A DNA stretch of 64,000 bases from Nitrospinaceae bacterium (GTDB taxonomy: Bacteria; Nitrospinota; Nitrospinia; Nitrospinales; Nitrospinaceae): the NCBI GenBank assembly GCA_965223665.1, contig OZ245011.1, positions 2,080,001 through 2,144,000 of the forward strand, read 5' to 3'. Position 1 is the stretch's first letter. Each line of letters begins with the position of its first letter. Below are positions 1 through 10,674 of this stretch, one piece after another. The notes under the pieces are model-generated. The model was not told where the DNA came from, made no database searches, and worked only from the letters and a program-made list of their open reading frames with translations. A program made the position numbers and the translations under genes.

Positions 1-214
1 AATGTTTTTTATATTTCCCTATAGGTTTTGAAGTCACTGTACTCTTACAGGTCGGACATTTAATGATATAAATAAGCAATCCAAATGTTAAAAAAACTAA
101 TAATGTTATATATGGATAGCCAACCTCCTTAAGTTCCCACCTTGCTATAAAATCCATTACAGGAAAAAACAGAATTACTAACAACCAATGCCTGGATCTT
201 AAAGAAAGTTTCAT
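1..214 (-). CDS. Partial small membrane protein with CxxC motif (runs off the left end)
   Basis: Manual translation from ATG 214: MKLSLRSRHWLLVILFFPVM...YITLLVFLTFGLLIYIIKCPTCKST; two hydrophobic segments; open to the edge. Confidence 0.55.
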   Translation of the reverse strand, partial: MKLSLRSRHWLLVILFFPVMDFIARWELKEVGYPYITLLVFLTFGLLIYIIKCPTCKSTVTSKPIGKYKKH

Positions 215-303
215 AATGAATCTATTTTATAATATTTTGATTGGGATTTTAACTAAGGACGGGCGTCAATGGATTTTATAACTTGAAGAAAACTATTGCT
301 ACT

Positions 304-642
304 TTAGGTCCACTTCTTGTTTTCAGCGGCGCGGACTAAATCTTTGACCAATATTTTTTTCTCCTGCGAACGTTTGCCGGTGCAGACGTTCCACAACCTC
401 GATAAAAAGGTGGTGACGTTGTATTCCTTCGGAAAAAAATATTTATTGAAATCAAAGTCCGACATGTCGACATTGAACTGCTCCGAAAACGTTTCTAAAA
501 TTTCAAACGCCTCGTCTCCTTCAATGCCCCAATCGTTCACAATATCCGATTCCGGCTTAATGGTGTCCAGTTCAACGGCAAATGCGATGGACAAAAATTT
601 AAAAACGTCATGCTCTACATTTTCTACCTGGATCTCGGACAT
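304..642 (-). CDS. DUF1493-like acyl-carrier-fold small protein
   Basis: 112 aa; DIVNDWGIEGDEAFEILETFSEQFNVDMSDFDFNKYF pattern typical of DUF1493. Confidence 0.65.
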   Translation of the reverse strand: MSEIQVENVEHDVFKFLSIAFAVELDTIKPESDIVNDWGIEGDEAFEILETFSEQFNVDMSDFDFNKYFFPKEYNVTTFLSRLWNVCTGKRSQEKKILVKDLVRAAENKKWT

Positions 643-951
643 AATTTAGCCTCGGTTTGGGGGGGTGCGCTTTGGATGATTTTGACACTACCAAAACATA
701 GTATACCAGTTTCCAGGACCCGCTTGGGAGTTAATTACACCCACGAAACAGCCTTTAAACTCGATGATTTATCACCGGCTAACGCTTTTGGGGCAAGTGA
801 ATTTCTGGAGTCCGATCCACTTAATTGCTCCAAGACTCTATAAAAATTATAAAAAGGTAAAATCCCCCCAGCCCCCTTCATAAAAAGAGCTTTGCATAAG
901 TAAGAATATTGAACAAAACATAATAAACTAAGAGAAGAACACCGATGCTCG

Positions 952-984
952 CCCTCTTTCCTAAAGAGGGTCGGGGTGATTCAC
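952..984 (+). repeat. REP/MITE-like palindromic repeat, copy 1
   Basis: CCCTCTTT-n-AAAGAGGG-nnGGGGTGATT core; also at 2520, 16264, 28234(-), 30019, 43853(-), and split at 38885-39075. Confidence 0.8.
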
Positions 985-1232
985 ATCCAGGGGTTTTAAA
1001 TAAGATAAAATCCCCCCAGCCCGCAGGCCAACGCCTGCCAGTAAAATTCATTCCCGATAATTTTTGGAGATAGCGGCGTCGACAGAAACTTTTCGAATAT
1101 TCCTGCTGCCTCCAATCGCTAGATTGGGAAAGGGGGAGCACATTCACATCCCAGAATATAATTTGTGTTTCTTTCAAAAATTCTCACTTCCTCAAGGAAT
1201 TTCAAAAAAGGGCACTTTTTGATTATTTTTTG

Positions 1233-1294
1233 TTGACAACATTTGGCTGGAAACATATACTTAGCACTACTAAGCATTTACTAAGGAGTACTTA
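1233..1294 (+). promoter_or_regulatory. sigma70 promoter with two candidate MarR operator palindromes
   Basis: TTGACA(1233)-N17-TATACT(1256); CTTAG-cacta-CTAAG 1260-1274 and TAAG-gagta-CTTA 1282-1294. Confidence 0.7.
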
Positions 1295-1296
1295 TA

Positions 1297-1965
1297 GTGA
1301 GCGATGCAAGCAAATCTTCTCAAGATCCCAATTCCACCTCCTGGAAAATCATTACCGGGTTGTCCAAGGTGTCCATTGCACTTAAGAGTCATTCCTGGAA
1401 GGAAGCCAACGAAAGCGGGTTGACGCCAACGCAGGGGCAGATTCTGGTGAACTTAAATCTATGGTCCGGCAAAGAGGACCCGAGTCTTTCGGAATTAGCG
1501 GAAGCGTTGGGGATCACTTTGGCCACTGCCAGCAGTTCCATGAATAGCCTGGTGGAAAAAAAGCTGGTTCGCAAAATCCGTTCTCCGGTGGATGGAAGGA
1601 TTGTCGTCGTTTCCCTGACCGCGAAAGGAAAAAAAGAAGCGGAGAATGCGGCAGGGTGGCCGGACTTCCTGACAGGAGCCCTGGATAAATTGTCTCCGAA
1701 TGAGCGGGTAATGTTTTTCCGCTGTCTTTTGAAAATCATCCGCTCGTTGCAGGACGAACACCAGATTCCTGTCAGCCGAATGTGTGTCACCTGCGCTTAT
1801 TTCAAACCGCACGTTCATAAAGATTTGAAACGGCCGCACCACTGCGGTTTCGTCAACTCTCCTTTTGGCGATGGTGAGTTGAGACTGGAATGCGGCGATC
1901 ATGAAAGTGCTTCCTCGGTAGAAAGCAATCGAATTTGGGAAATATTTTTTGCAGATAGAAAGTAA
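1297..1965 (+). CDS. MarR-family regulator with C-terminal Cys/His-rich putative metal/redox domain
   Basis: GLTPTQGQIL...LSELAEALGITLATAS...DGRIVVVSLTAKG wHTH; C-terminal CVTC...HHC...EC. Confidence 0.85.
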   Translation: MSDASKSSQDPNSTSWKIITGLSKVSIALKSHSWKEANESGLTPTQGQILVNLNLWSGKEDPSLSELAEALGITLATASSSMNSLVEKKLVRKIRSPVDGRIVVVSLTAKGKKEAENAAGWPDFLTGALDKLSPNERVMFFRCLLKIIRSLQDEHQIPVSRMCVTCAYFKPHVHKDLKRPHHCGFVNSPFGDGELRLECGDHESASSVESNRIWEIFFADRK

Positions 1966-2076
1966 ACTTTGGAATGTTCTTCATCGGTGATGATCTCCGA
2001 TGATGTGTTGTTCATATTCGTTGGACTTTTTTAACGAATTTTTTTATTACACTTTTAATAGAAAGGAAAATTTATT

Positions 2077-2310
2077 ATGACTCAGGCAATTTTTTATCAT
2101 GCAGGTTGTCCCGTGTGTGTCGAAGCAGAACAACGGTTTGTTTCAGCTTTGGATCCGGCAGAGTATAAGGTCGAAGAAGTGAATTTAGGAAGTGATAAAG
2201 GAAGAATTCCAGAAGCCGAGCAATCGGGCGTGACTTCCGTTCCTGCACTGGTGATTGGAGGAAAACCGTTTCACATCAATTTTGGAGCTTCGATCCAGGA
2301 CTTGAAATAA
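2077..2310 (+). CDS. Small thioredoxin/glutaredoxin-like protein
   Basis: HAGCPVC redox motif and GVTSVPALVI cis-Pro motif; SD upstream. Confidence 0.85.
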   Translation: MTQAIFYHAGCPVCVEAEQRFVSALDPAEYKVEEVNLGSDKGRIPEAEQSGVTSVPALVIGGKPFHINFGASIQDLK

Positions 2311-2519
2311 GATGGCCAACGCTTTGCAAACGTTGCCATCCCACCCACACATTGGGGGAGGTGCATGCCCTCCCTCTTCCAGTCCACAACTGAAGGAAAC
2401 TCACTCGCTGTGAGGGGCAATATTCATTTCCAATGATCGACAATTAGCGCCGAATCCGCAGAACCTTTTCCCAATTTTTATCTTCAGAAGAAAATATATA
2501 AATTGGAAGCGAATGTGCA

Positions 2520-2550
2520 CCCTCTTTTTAAAGAGGGCTGGGGTGATTGA
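2520..2550 (+). repeat. REP/MITE-like repeat copy
   Basis: CCCTCTTTTTAAAGAGGGCTGGGGTGATTGA. Confidence 0.8.
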
Positions 2551-2591
2551 CCTTCAGGGGTTTAATAAATGATAAATTCTAATTCCTTACT

Positions 2592-4445
2592 TTACTCTTC
2601 TTTCAAACCCAACCGGCACAGGCCATCGGCGGTGAACATGAAAGAACCAAATTGATTTCCCAACAAAATGGTATCCTCGTCCGCTTTTTCAATTGTATTA
2701 GGTAAAGCATAGTAATTTCCTACCTTGGTGGCAGACCACTTTCCTTTTACCCTCTTTATTTCATAAATCAAACCATGAAACATTCCATGCATAAAACCGG
2801 AGAATGCGTACAAACCAAAAGAGGTTTTAAAAATTCTTAAAACGGTATCAAATATAATTTTTTCTACTTTACCTTCATCACTTTTATAAACCAGGTAACC
2901 TCCCCATTCTCCCTTATCGGCACCCAGTATCCAACCAGTTGGAACTTTGTATCCAAATTCAGGTGGGAATGGCATCATTTCCGAGCGCACATAATCTTTA
3001 GAAAAGTCATATTGGTCCGGAAATTTCAATCGGTTCAATTCGTCCTGGAGGTCGCTCAGTATTTGCCAATTTTTATAAAATGATGAATCTTCAGGTTCAC
3101 CCATATACCACCCTTCTTTAGTTTTTTTTACGATGGGTTTTATTTTAAAAATAGAATCCACCGATTTATTACTGAGTTGTTTAAATTCTTCCTCTGCTTT
3201 TTCTACTAGTAGGCGATCGCGTTCCTCAGGAGGTAAATTGTAGGGATAAACTTTTTTAACGCTTACATTCTTACAATCTGGCATATCATTTCTTATTCTT
3301 TCTGCAACTTCATCATATCTATAATTTTTTATGAAAGACATTTCGTAATCAATAGAAGCACAATCCGAATTCACCTTTCCGTTTTCTACTTTACAATTCC
3401 TTCTCAATGCTTTTTCTTTTTCAGCCGCTTCTTCCATTTGTCTATAAGCCCAATAAAGTGGTCTTTCATCATTTTGCGGGTACAATCGGCACAGGCCGTT
3501 GGCGGTGAACAGGAAAGAAGCGTATTGATGGCCAATCAATAGAGCACCGGATTGAGTTTGTTCTACAATGTGGGGTCGCCAATATAAACTGGCCAACAGT
3601 TGGGTTTTCCAACCGTCGCCTTGTGGTTCTACCTTATGGATAAACCCATGGTTCGTGATGCTTCCCACATTTCCGGTCACTGCCAGGATTCCTTCCGGAG
3701 TTTTAACAACTTTTATCACGTTATCAATTAAAAGTTTCTGGATGTCACCCTTTCGGTTTTTAAATACCAGATACCCACGCCAGGCGCCACCGTCTAAACC
3801 GAGCAGCCAGCCATTCTTCACTTCAACCTGGATGGAAGGAGGAAACAGCATCATGTCAGACTTCTTAAAATCTTTAGCGAAAAGTTTTGCCTTAAGCGAT
3901 TTCTTTTGTTCAATGGTTTCTTTTAACAGTTCCACCACGGCCACATTTTTAAAAAAAGGTTTTCTTTGGATTCGAGGTTGGGAAAACTCCTCACTATCAA
4001 TAATCTCATCCAAATCGATCAGCCATCCTTTCGGTTCCTTCTTTTTAATTCTTCCTCCCAGCAAATGGGTGACCGGACGGTTTTGTAGTCTTGCCAATTC
4101 ATATTCAAATCTGGCAATCAGCTTGCGGTCTCTAATTTTAGGAGGAAACATGTAGGGCCACACATCGCCAGCTACCGGGTTGGTACAGGGAGGAATCTTC
4201 AACACCTTCTTCAGAACATCCACCCGAGACGTATGAGGAATTTTTACAAATTCCAATTGATGGGGTCCGCAATCCAAATCTTTGGTCTTTGCGGCACATA
4301 GTTCCAGATACCTGGGAACCATATCGGCTGCGGCGGCAAGCCCTGAGTTTGCCAATACCAAAAACCCTACAATGCAGGAACCGAACCAAATTCTAAACAT
4401 AAAGATTGCACTCAAAATTGAATAACGTTCTTCTTCTCTCTGCAT
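2592..4445 (-). CDS. Exported hypothetical protein made of two tandem ~290-aa homologous units
   Basis: Hydrophobic N-terminus; duplicated motifs GWLLGLDGGAWRGYLVF/GWILGADKGEWGGYLVY and FTANGLCRL/FTADGLCRL. Confidence 0.75.
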   Translation of the reverse strand: MQREEERYSILSAIFMFRIWFGSCIVGFLVLANSGLAAAADMVPRYLELCAAKTKDLDCGPHQLEFVKIPHTSRVDVLKKVLKIPPCTNPVAGDVWPYMFPPKIRDRKLIARFEYELARLQNRPVTHLLGGRIKKKEPKGWLIDLDEIIDSEEFSQPRIQRKPFFKNVAVVELLKETIEQKKSLKAKLFAKDFKKSDMMLFPPSIQVEVKNGWLLGLDGGAWRGYLVFKNRKGDIQKLLIDNVIKVVKTPEGILAVTGNVGSITNHGFIHKVEPQGDGWKTQLLASLYWRPHIVEQTQSGALLIGHQYASFLFTANGLCRLYPQNDERPLYWAYRQMEEAAEKEKALRRNCKVENGKVNSDCASIDYEMSFIKNYRYDEVAERIRNDMPDCKNVSVKKVYPYNLPPEERDRLLVEKAEEEFKQLSNKSVDSIFKIKPIVKKTKEGWYMGEPEDSSFYKNWQILSDLQDELNRLKFPDQYDFSKDYVRSEMMPFPPEFGYKVPTGWILGADKGEWGGYLVYKSDEGKVEKIIFDTVLRIFKTSFGLYAFSGFMHGMFHGLIYEIKRVKGKWSATKVGNYYALPNTIEKADEDTILLGNQFGSFMFTADGLCRLGLKEE

Positions 4446-4552
4446 AATTTCGACTCTAAAGGGAGAGATTCCTTATCTTAGCACAAACCCAAGCGCGGCT
4501 CACCTTTTAGAAAACTGGTTTTGGGTATTCGAAATTTTGGGGAGTTGAGTTT

Positions 4553-7500
4553 CTATCCGGTCTTAGGTTGGTTTCCAACATCCAGAAACAGGAGGGGAAT
4601 GTTGTAATCGTTTTGATAAATCCGGCAGCATTCTTCGAGAGCGACGAGGAATCCCTTGATGTTCCTGGGATACCCTTCCAGATCCTGCAACGATCCAACC
4701 CATTGGTTCCATTGCTCCGGTTGCCCCGGCAAGGAAGTTTTGATACTATACATCGCACCGAGATACTCCGCCATAGGATTAAATGTGAATCGCAAAAACT
4801 GAGTGTCTCCGGTGGTTCTTTGAGCCAATATTCCGTTGGCAATGAAGCGATCGATCATTTGCGCCGATTGTTCGAATCGTGGGTGATTGGTGAATTCCTG
4901 TTCGGTAACATCGCGCCGAAAATCCTTGGGAATGCAATTATCTCCCAAACTGCAATGGGCTAAAATTTGTGCGCCCTCGATTAACAGTTCTTCTGAAATT
5001 TCGCTCTCCGTGCCGTTGTCTTCCGGGTTGATACCGCGCAAGTATTCCAAAATGATTTCCGGAATGGATAACGGCAGCGTTTCAATCGCCTTCAAGCTGC
5101 CGGTGGACTGCACTCGCGAAATGGCATTTTCCAAATACCATTTTAAAAGTAGAGGCGTGACCGATAAACGTTCGCCGCCACTTTCCACCACTGTCAGCAC
5201 TCGTTCCGCCAGGTTGACCGTGGGGCGTCCTTTAAATTCACTATAAGAATCTTTGGAGCGTAAATAATCGCCTATAAATTTTACCACGCGGCCTTCATCC
5301 AGTATTTCCGGCCAGCAATACCGCACCGCGGTGCTGCCAAAATCCGGCATCAGCCGGGACGTCGTGATCAGGACATTGACCGGAACTCCTTTTTCAAAAA
5401 GTGAGGTGACATAACCCTGCGTGTCCTGGCTCCTCTCCGAAAGTGCATCAATGATGACCAGCAGGCGTTTCCTTTTTAGTAACGCTTCCACTAACCGCAG
5501 ATCAATAGTTTCAACACCTAACATTTCCTTCAGAATGTGACTTGTGGATTCCACCAGATCGTCCAGCTCACCTTCCAGCGCAACCGGGATAGAACGATGA
5601 GGCATCAGCCGTTCTTCGACTTTACTCGCAAAAGCCATTTGCGCCAGCCGGCTGACCAGCATGGTTTTTCCGGTTCCGCCTTCCCCGACAATAGAAACCA
5701 CACAACGCGCTCCCCTGAAGAGCGGTTGAAAGCTTTGCGGCTGGGGTTCCTTAAAGAGTTCACCGCCGACCGGATGGTCCAGTCGAACGGGAAGTTCCAT
5801 ATAGCCCTGGCTTTTTTTATAAAGGTCCGTCCGCTTTAACGCCGCTTCTAAAATATCTTTATGGAGGTCTATCCAAAGGTCCAGACAGTCCGGGAACTGA
5901 ATAAAGTCTTGATACACTCTTGACGGTAAATGGGCAAAGGCGCTATCACCCTCCTTTACGCTTTGTATCCATGATTTCCGCACACGCTCATGGTCTGAAA
6001 AGTAGGGCAGCGTGGTGATGGAAAATAATCCTCTCAAAATTCGTGGAGCATCCTTCTTTAAATATTGAAACCATCGGCCTCCGCCCAGATTGATAAAGAA
6101 AAGCGGATAAACATACAGCAACAGGTATAACATTCCAAAATACGCCGATAACAAACCGGCCACCCAAAGCACTTCTTTATATTGGTTATAAATTTCCACC
6201 CACCAGGGTTTATAAACATGAGGAAAGGGAATTTTTTGAACCGGCAAAGCGTGCTTCCAGGCCTCCATGGTGATTTGATAATAGAGGGTGGAATTTTTGT
6301 CCACATTGTATTTTTCGTCCTGCGGATTCCAAACAAATTGATAAACCCCCGGCGACCTCTCTACTAAAGGATATTTTTTCAAATCGATGGATTGAATTTC
6401 GGCGGTAGGCGATTCCTGTGAAAACTGGATGCCTGCAATTTTTAACTGATTGAAATCAACTTCCTTCGCTTCGACGGTAAACTGGATATTGATTTTGTTG
6501 AGTTGCTCCGCCAACCCGAAGGAATTGACGTAGGGAAAATCGGAAGGATTTTTCGATTTTGTTAAACTCAGGAAATCACCACCCAACCAAATCTGATTTC
6601 CCTTATGATACACCGTGTTGAACGTGACCCGGTTCTCTTCCCGCCAGGTAACCCCGCCATTGGTAGTGACCAAATACTTTTTTTGGTCAATCATGGCATC
6701 TTTGAACTTACCGCGGAAACCGGCTTTGACCTTTTCATTCACAGTCGCAAAACCGGTCAGTTCATTGAGAAAATACATATAGCGGACCGAGCGCCCGGAC
6801 CCAACCGGTTGCTCCTTCCAGGTCGCCCCGCCATCCACAGTAGTCAAAACGGCTTTACTGGTCGCAAGCACTCCATTTTTCTCGTTAAAAAATTTGGGAC
6901 CATAGATCAGTTCGTCCTCACCCATATTTTTCGCATCCCAGGTTTCCCCGGCATCTTTAGTGGAGTATAAATAAGCCGCCCGTTTCTTGTGATTGTACCC
7001 GGCCACCCAGCCGATTTTAGGATTCAGAAATTGAAGGTTCCACAAAGTGACATCAGGAAATATGAGTTGTTCTTCCCATGTGCGGCCGCCGTTTTTGGTT
7101 TGCAATATATTGCCGCCTCTTCCCTTTTGGCTATAGGCCGTGGCCCAACCGATTTGGGAATCGACAAAGTCGATGTCAAAAAATCGAGAGTCGTCAGGCG
7201 GCAGAGATTTTTCCCAGGTTAGGCCTCCGGTTTGTGTTCTAAAAATAAATCGGGATCCCCAAACCCATCCGATTTTTTCGTTAACAAACTGGATCGCGTC
7301 TATGGACTCTTCGGTATCCAGCGGCTGTTTCACCCAGGTTTTACCGCCATCTTTGGTGAAGATGAGCAGCCGCTTTCTTCCAAAGCGGCTGGAGACGGCC
7401 CATCCTTCTTGATCGTTTACAAATTGAACAGAAGACAAATCTCCATGCGGGGTGTCCATGATTTTGGCGACACTTTTACCGCCATCTTTGGTGGAAAACA

Positions 7501-8503
7501 GATCTCCGTTTCCGGAAAGAATCCCGTTTTGTTTATCGAAAAAGAACGCCTGCCGCACATATTCGTCGACATCCAGTTTTTGAGGTTTCCAGGTTTCTCC
7601 TCCGTTGGTGGTTTTGAATATAAATAATTGAAGTCCCTGGCCCTCTAAAGCGCCAATCATAAAACCGGATTGGCCATCAATAAATTGAATAGTATCGAAT
7701 GAAATCTTTTCATCAAAGGTTTGTCGTTTCCAGGTGGCGCCGCCATTCTCTGTGTACAGGTAACCTTCAAAGTAGTTGCCGATCACCCATCCGGTTTTAG
7801 CGTTGAGGAAATAAACATCTCCCAACCCCTGCTTCACACCGCTTCTTTGCTGTTTCCAGGTGGCGCCGCCGTCTTTGGTGTGAAAAATCTCACTTTCACT
7901 CACTGCCCAACCCTGGGTCTCGTCAATAAAGTGGATGTCGTTGAGTTCCTTTTTGGCTCCGACGTCTTGGCTGTTCCAGGTGGTCCCGCCGTCGGTGGTG
8001 GAAAGGATTCCCTTTCGGGTGAGAGCCCACCCGACTTCCTCATTTATAAAGTGTATTTTTTCGAGATAATTTCTTTTTTCAGAATAGATGGAATTCCAAG
8101 TTGCTCCTCCATCTGTGGTAGCATAAATCACCCCATCGTTACCCTGGTTGCCGGCCACCCAACCCAGCTTGTCATTTAAAAACTGCATGGACATAAAAAA
8201 GGAATCCTTAATCACTTTTTGATCTTTCCAGGAATTCCCTCCGTCTTCTGTCGTCAGGATAATGCTGTCTCCGTTTTCCTCACCAATGGCCCAACCGTTT
8301 TCAGAATCTAAAAAATAAAATTGTCGGAAGTACAGTCGGTCGACACTTTCCCATTCCCAGGTGAATGGAAGGTTGGCGGGGCGAGGAATTTTTTTGAGTT
8401 GGATTTCTTTGGCAATATCGCAACCGCTAAGTACACCCAATACAAGGAAGGTGGCTACGATTAAACTAAGACAAGGCTGGTATATTTTTGAGTAACGTTT
8501 CAC
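4553..8503 (-). CDS. Lipoprotein YCF48/BNR beta-propeller + TM helix + NACHT/STAND-like NTPase
   Basis: Likely GTG start 8503; lipobox VLSGC; many TxDGGxTW repeats; TM VLWVAGLLSAYFGMLYLLLYVYP; Walker A GEGGTGKT; Walker B LLVIIDALSE; RFTFNPMAEYL. Confidence 0.8.
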   Translation of the reverse strand: MKRYSKIYQPCLSLIVATFLVLGVLSGCDIAKEIQLKKIPRPANLPFTWEWESVDRLYFRQFYFLDSENGWAIGEENGDSIILTTEDGGNSWKDQKVIKDSFFMSMQFLNDKLGWVAGNQGNDGVIYATTDGGATWNSIYSEKRNYLEKIHFINEEVGWALTRKGILSTTDGGTTWNSQDVGAKKELNDIHFIDETQGWAVSESEIFHTKDGGATWKQQRSGVKQGLGDVYFLNAKTGWVIGNYFEGYLYTENGGATWKRQTFDEKISFDTIQFIDGQSGFMIGALEGQGLQLFIFKTTNGGETWKPQKLDVDEYVRQAFFFDKQNGILSGNGDLFSTKDGGKSVAKIMDTPHGDLSSVQFVNDQEGWAVSSRFGRKRLLIFTKDGGKTWVKQPLDTEESIDAIQFVNEKIGWVWGSRFIFRTQTGGLTWEKSLPPDDSRFFDIDFVDSQIGWATAYSQKGRGGNILQTKNGGRTWEEQLIFPDVTLWNLQFLNPKIGWVAGYNHKKRAAYLYSTKDAGETWDAKNMGEDELIYGPKFFNEKNGVLATSKAVLTTVDGGATWKEQPVGSGRSVRYMYFLNELTGFATVNEKVKAGFRGKFKDAMIDQKKYLVTTNGGVTWREENRVTFNTVYHKGNQIWLGGDFLSLTKSKNPSDFPYVNSFGLAEQLNKINIQFTVEAKEVDFNQLKIAGIQFSQESPTAEIQSIDLKKYPLVERSPGVYQFVWNPQDEKYNVDKNSTLYYQITMEAWKHALPVQKIPFPHVYKPWWVEIYNQYKEVLWVAGLLSAYFGMLYLLLYVYPLFFINLGGGRWFQYLKKDAPRILRGLFSITTLPYFSDHERVRKSWIQSVKEGDSAFAHLPSRVYQDFIQFPDCLDLWIDLHKDILEAALKRTDLYKKSQGYMELPVRLDHPVGGELFKEPQPQSFQPLFRGARCVVSIVGEGGTGKTMLVSRLAQMAFASKVEERLMPHRSIPVALEGELDDLVESTSHILKEMLGVETIDLRLVEALLKRKRLLVIIDALSERSQDTQGYVTSLFEKGVPVNVLITTSRLMPDFGSTAVRYCWPEILDEGRVVKFIGDYLRSKDSYSEFKGRPTVNLAERVLTVVESGGERLSVTPLLLKWYLENAISRVQSTGSLKAIETLPLSIPEIILEYLRGINPEDNGTESEISEELLIEGAQILAHCSLGDNCIPKDFRRDVTEQEFTNHPRFEQSAQMIDRFIANGILAQRTTGDTQFLRFTFNPMAEYLGAMYSIKTSLPGQPEQWNQWVGSLQDLEGYPRNIKGFLVALEECCRIYQNDYNIPLLFLDVGNQPKTG

Positions 8504-8992
8504 TTTAATCCCAGGGCGAGGCGTAGAAGGATAGCACTTTACACAACTCAGTTGAATTATATAGGTAAAATTGAAATTTTGGAACCAAAGGGATTGTATT
8601 TCCAACCCTAACTTGAAAAAAAATTCAGCTCTAAAATGAGGAAAGCCGCACACTTTCAATAAGTCCCCGGAGGCAAATCCCAAAACTGCCAGGCGTTTTG
8701 AGGCCGAAAACTGCAAATTTAAAAATTTGGTTTACAAAAATTTTCGAGAACCAAAAAAGTATTAAAGTAGATGATTCCTGGGTTTAAAAAAGACAATACC
8801 TCAGATGCGCTAGAAATTCCCTGATAAATAAGGCTGGTTTTGCTATATCCTTAAATTTCCTTCCGGCCTACCCCCCTAAAAATACCCCTCGATTTATTTA
8901 GGAATACCAATTTTATCGGAATAAGTCACTTGTTTTAGGGTAATGGTTATGTAAAATGTCTGAAAAAACACCACAAAAAAAGGAGATCAGAT

Positions 8993-9313
8993 ATGCAAAC
9001 TATTCGAGAAATACTGGAAGCAGTCCGGGATCTTTCTGAAGAAAACGCTATATTAAAACGAGAGAACCTGTTTCTGCAAGCCCAGGTGAGTTCCCTCAAA
9101 AAATTGGGTGTAATCCAGAAATCTCGTGAGAAAAGATTCACCGTTGAAAATTCCAAAGTTATTCAAATGCACCCGCTAAGAGATAACGGAAACGATAGAG
9201 TCAAAGATAACGAGGAAGCCTACATTAACACTCCAAACAATCAAAACAATTTTGCCACGATACAGGAAAAATCGAACCCTTGTCTAAAGGGTTTTCAAAA
9301 ATCAAAAGGTTGA
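8993..9313 (+). CDS. Hypothetical protein with N-terminal coiled coil
   Basis: AGGAG SD upstream; heptad-like IREILEAVRDLSEENAILKRENLFLQAQVSSLK. Confidence 0.5.
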   Translation: MQTIREILEAVRDLSEENAILKRENLFLQAQVSSLKKLGVIQKSREKRFTVENSKVIQMHPLRDNGNDRVKDNEEAYINTPNNQNNFATIQEKSNPCLKGFQKSKG

Positions 9314-9413
9314 CAGGCAATGCAATTTTTTTTAAAGAAAAGGTTGAAACGCAGCGACCCTCATTTAAGTTTCGAATATTGACATTATTAAAAACATATG
9401 CATAAATATTTTT

Positions 9414-9805
9414 ATGTTTATTAGGAGGAATCCATTTCAAACACACGCATTCATTTTCCTGCTGCCCTTCCCACATTGGTTTTGGCAAAGCCGCATTTGC
9501 ATAAAGAAAAGTTTTATGCGGATCGATGGTGTTTCAGCCATCAGGGAGAACGGGAGGTGTTACTCCCGGATTATAGTCGCGTCGATTGTGTGACTCAGGA
9601 TTATGTGATTGAAGTGGAGTTTGCCCGCAAGTGGGCGGAGGCGATAGGACAAGTGCTGTTTTATGGTGCCGAGAGCGGCCGAAAGAAAGGGATTGTGTTG
9701 ATTCTGGAACGTGCGAAGGACAAAAAATATTTAAGACGTTTAAAGACGGCACTGCGCCGCAACCACGTCTACATCAAAGTCTGGACCATCCATGAGTATT
9801 TATAA
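9414..9805 (+). CDS. Small PD-(D/E)XK-like protein with probable signal peptide broken by a 1-nt frameshift near 9465
   Basis: RVDC...IEVEFARKWAEAIGQ motif; adding one C to CCC 9465-9467 links ATG 9414 to the ORF, giving MFIRRNPFQTHAFIFLLPLPTLVLA-KPH. Confidence 0.6.
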
Positions 9806-9879
9806 GACAATCAAAATTTATTCAATCCAGAATTTCGTTTCAATTTTTTATTCTTTAATTTCTATTGAGAACCCTCAGT

Positions 9880-10164
9880 TTAAAAACAGTTGGGATACCA
9901 AATGCCTCGCCACGTGCAGGCGCCCATATTGGTCGTGATATTTTTATCTTTAATGGCGCTGGTGTCGTGGTCTTCGGAGATTTCGGTAACGGGAGGAAGT
10001 TTCTCATTTTTAAATATTTTATTTTGGATCAACTCCAGGGCGTCTTCTTTCGTAAACGCAGTGACCCCTACTCCTTTCGAAATGAACATGCTTTGCAGGG
10101 CATATTGTTTTCCTTCCAAATCAAATTGGATCCAAAACTTTTTGAGCAGTTTTTTGTCTATCAT
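9880..10164 (-). CDS. Small hypothetical protein, possibly immunity-like
   Basis: 94 aa; GVGVTAFTKEDAL...NMGACTWRGIWYP. Confidence 0.6.
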   Translation of the reverse strand: MIDKKLLKKFWIQFDLEGKQYALQSMFISKGVGVTAFTKEDALELIQNKIFKNEKLPPVTEISEDHDTSAIKDKNITTNMGACTWRGIWYPNCF

Positions 10165-10674
10165 CTTCTTCTTGATTTTAAGGTTGGCAGATTTGAAGAG
10201 GGCGCAAGCCGCCTCTTCCTGAGCATCGTGGTTTTTTTCCGGGGGTTCTTTTGTTCTTGCCGCTTTTCAAAAAAAATCTTCGGCCATTGGGAAGGTTCTT
10301 GTTATAACAGTATGCAGGTCAATTCCCGGAAAGTAAATCCCCTGCCCCGGACAAATGCGGAATTATTTCACCAGAATGGGGATCTACCAGATCCCATCGT
10401 CGCTAATTCATCCGATTTCAGTCCTCTTTTAAATTTTCCGCCCAACCCGATGAACTTTCATTGAAAAATAACCCCAAATTTTTCGCCAATGATCCCCCGA
10501 TCCGTATATTTTGAGCTTATATATAATATGGAAGATAGTCCTTACTAAATTTTCGTTTTAATTTCGTCCCATTAACAACTCAGTTCTAATTTCCTCGAAT
10601 TTATTCCCAAATTCCCTCAAAAAATCAACCTTTTTGAATTATTCCGGAGCCAAAGAATATTTGAAAAATGGGTA

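Noticed and set aside
878-1177. 99-aa ORF (also 28019-28315 and the 5' extension from 30012)
   Set aside because: Reads through REP-like repeat DNA with no coding hallmarks
8504-8716. N-terminal extension of the YCF48-NTPase ORF
   Set aside because: Lipobox position supports a start at GTG 8503
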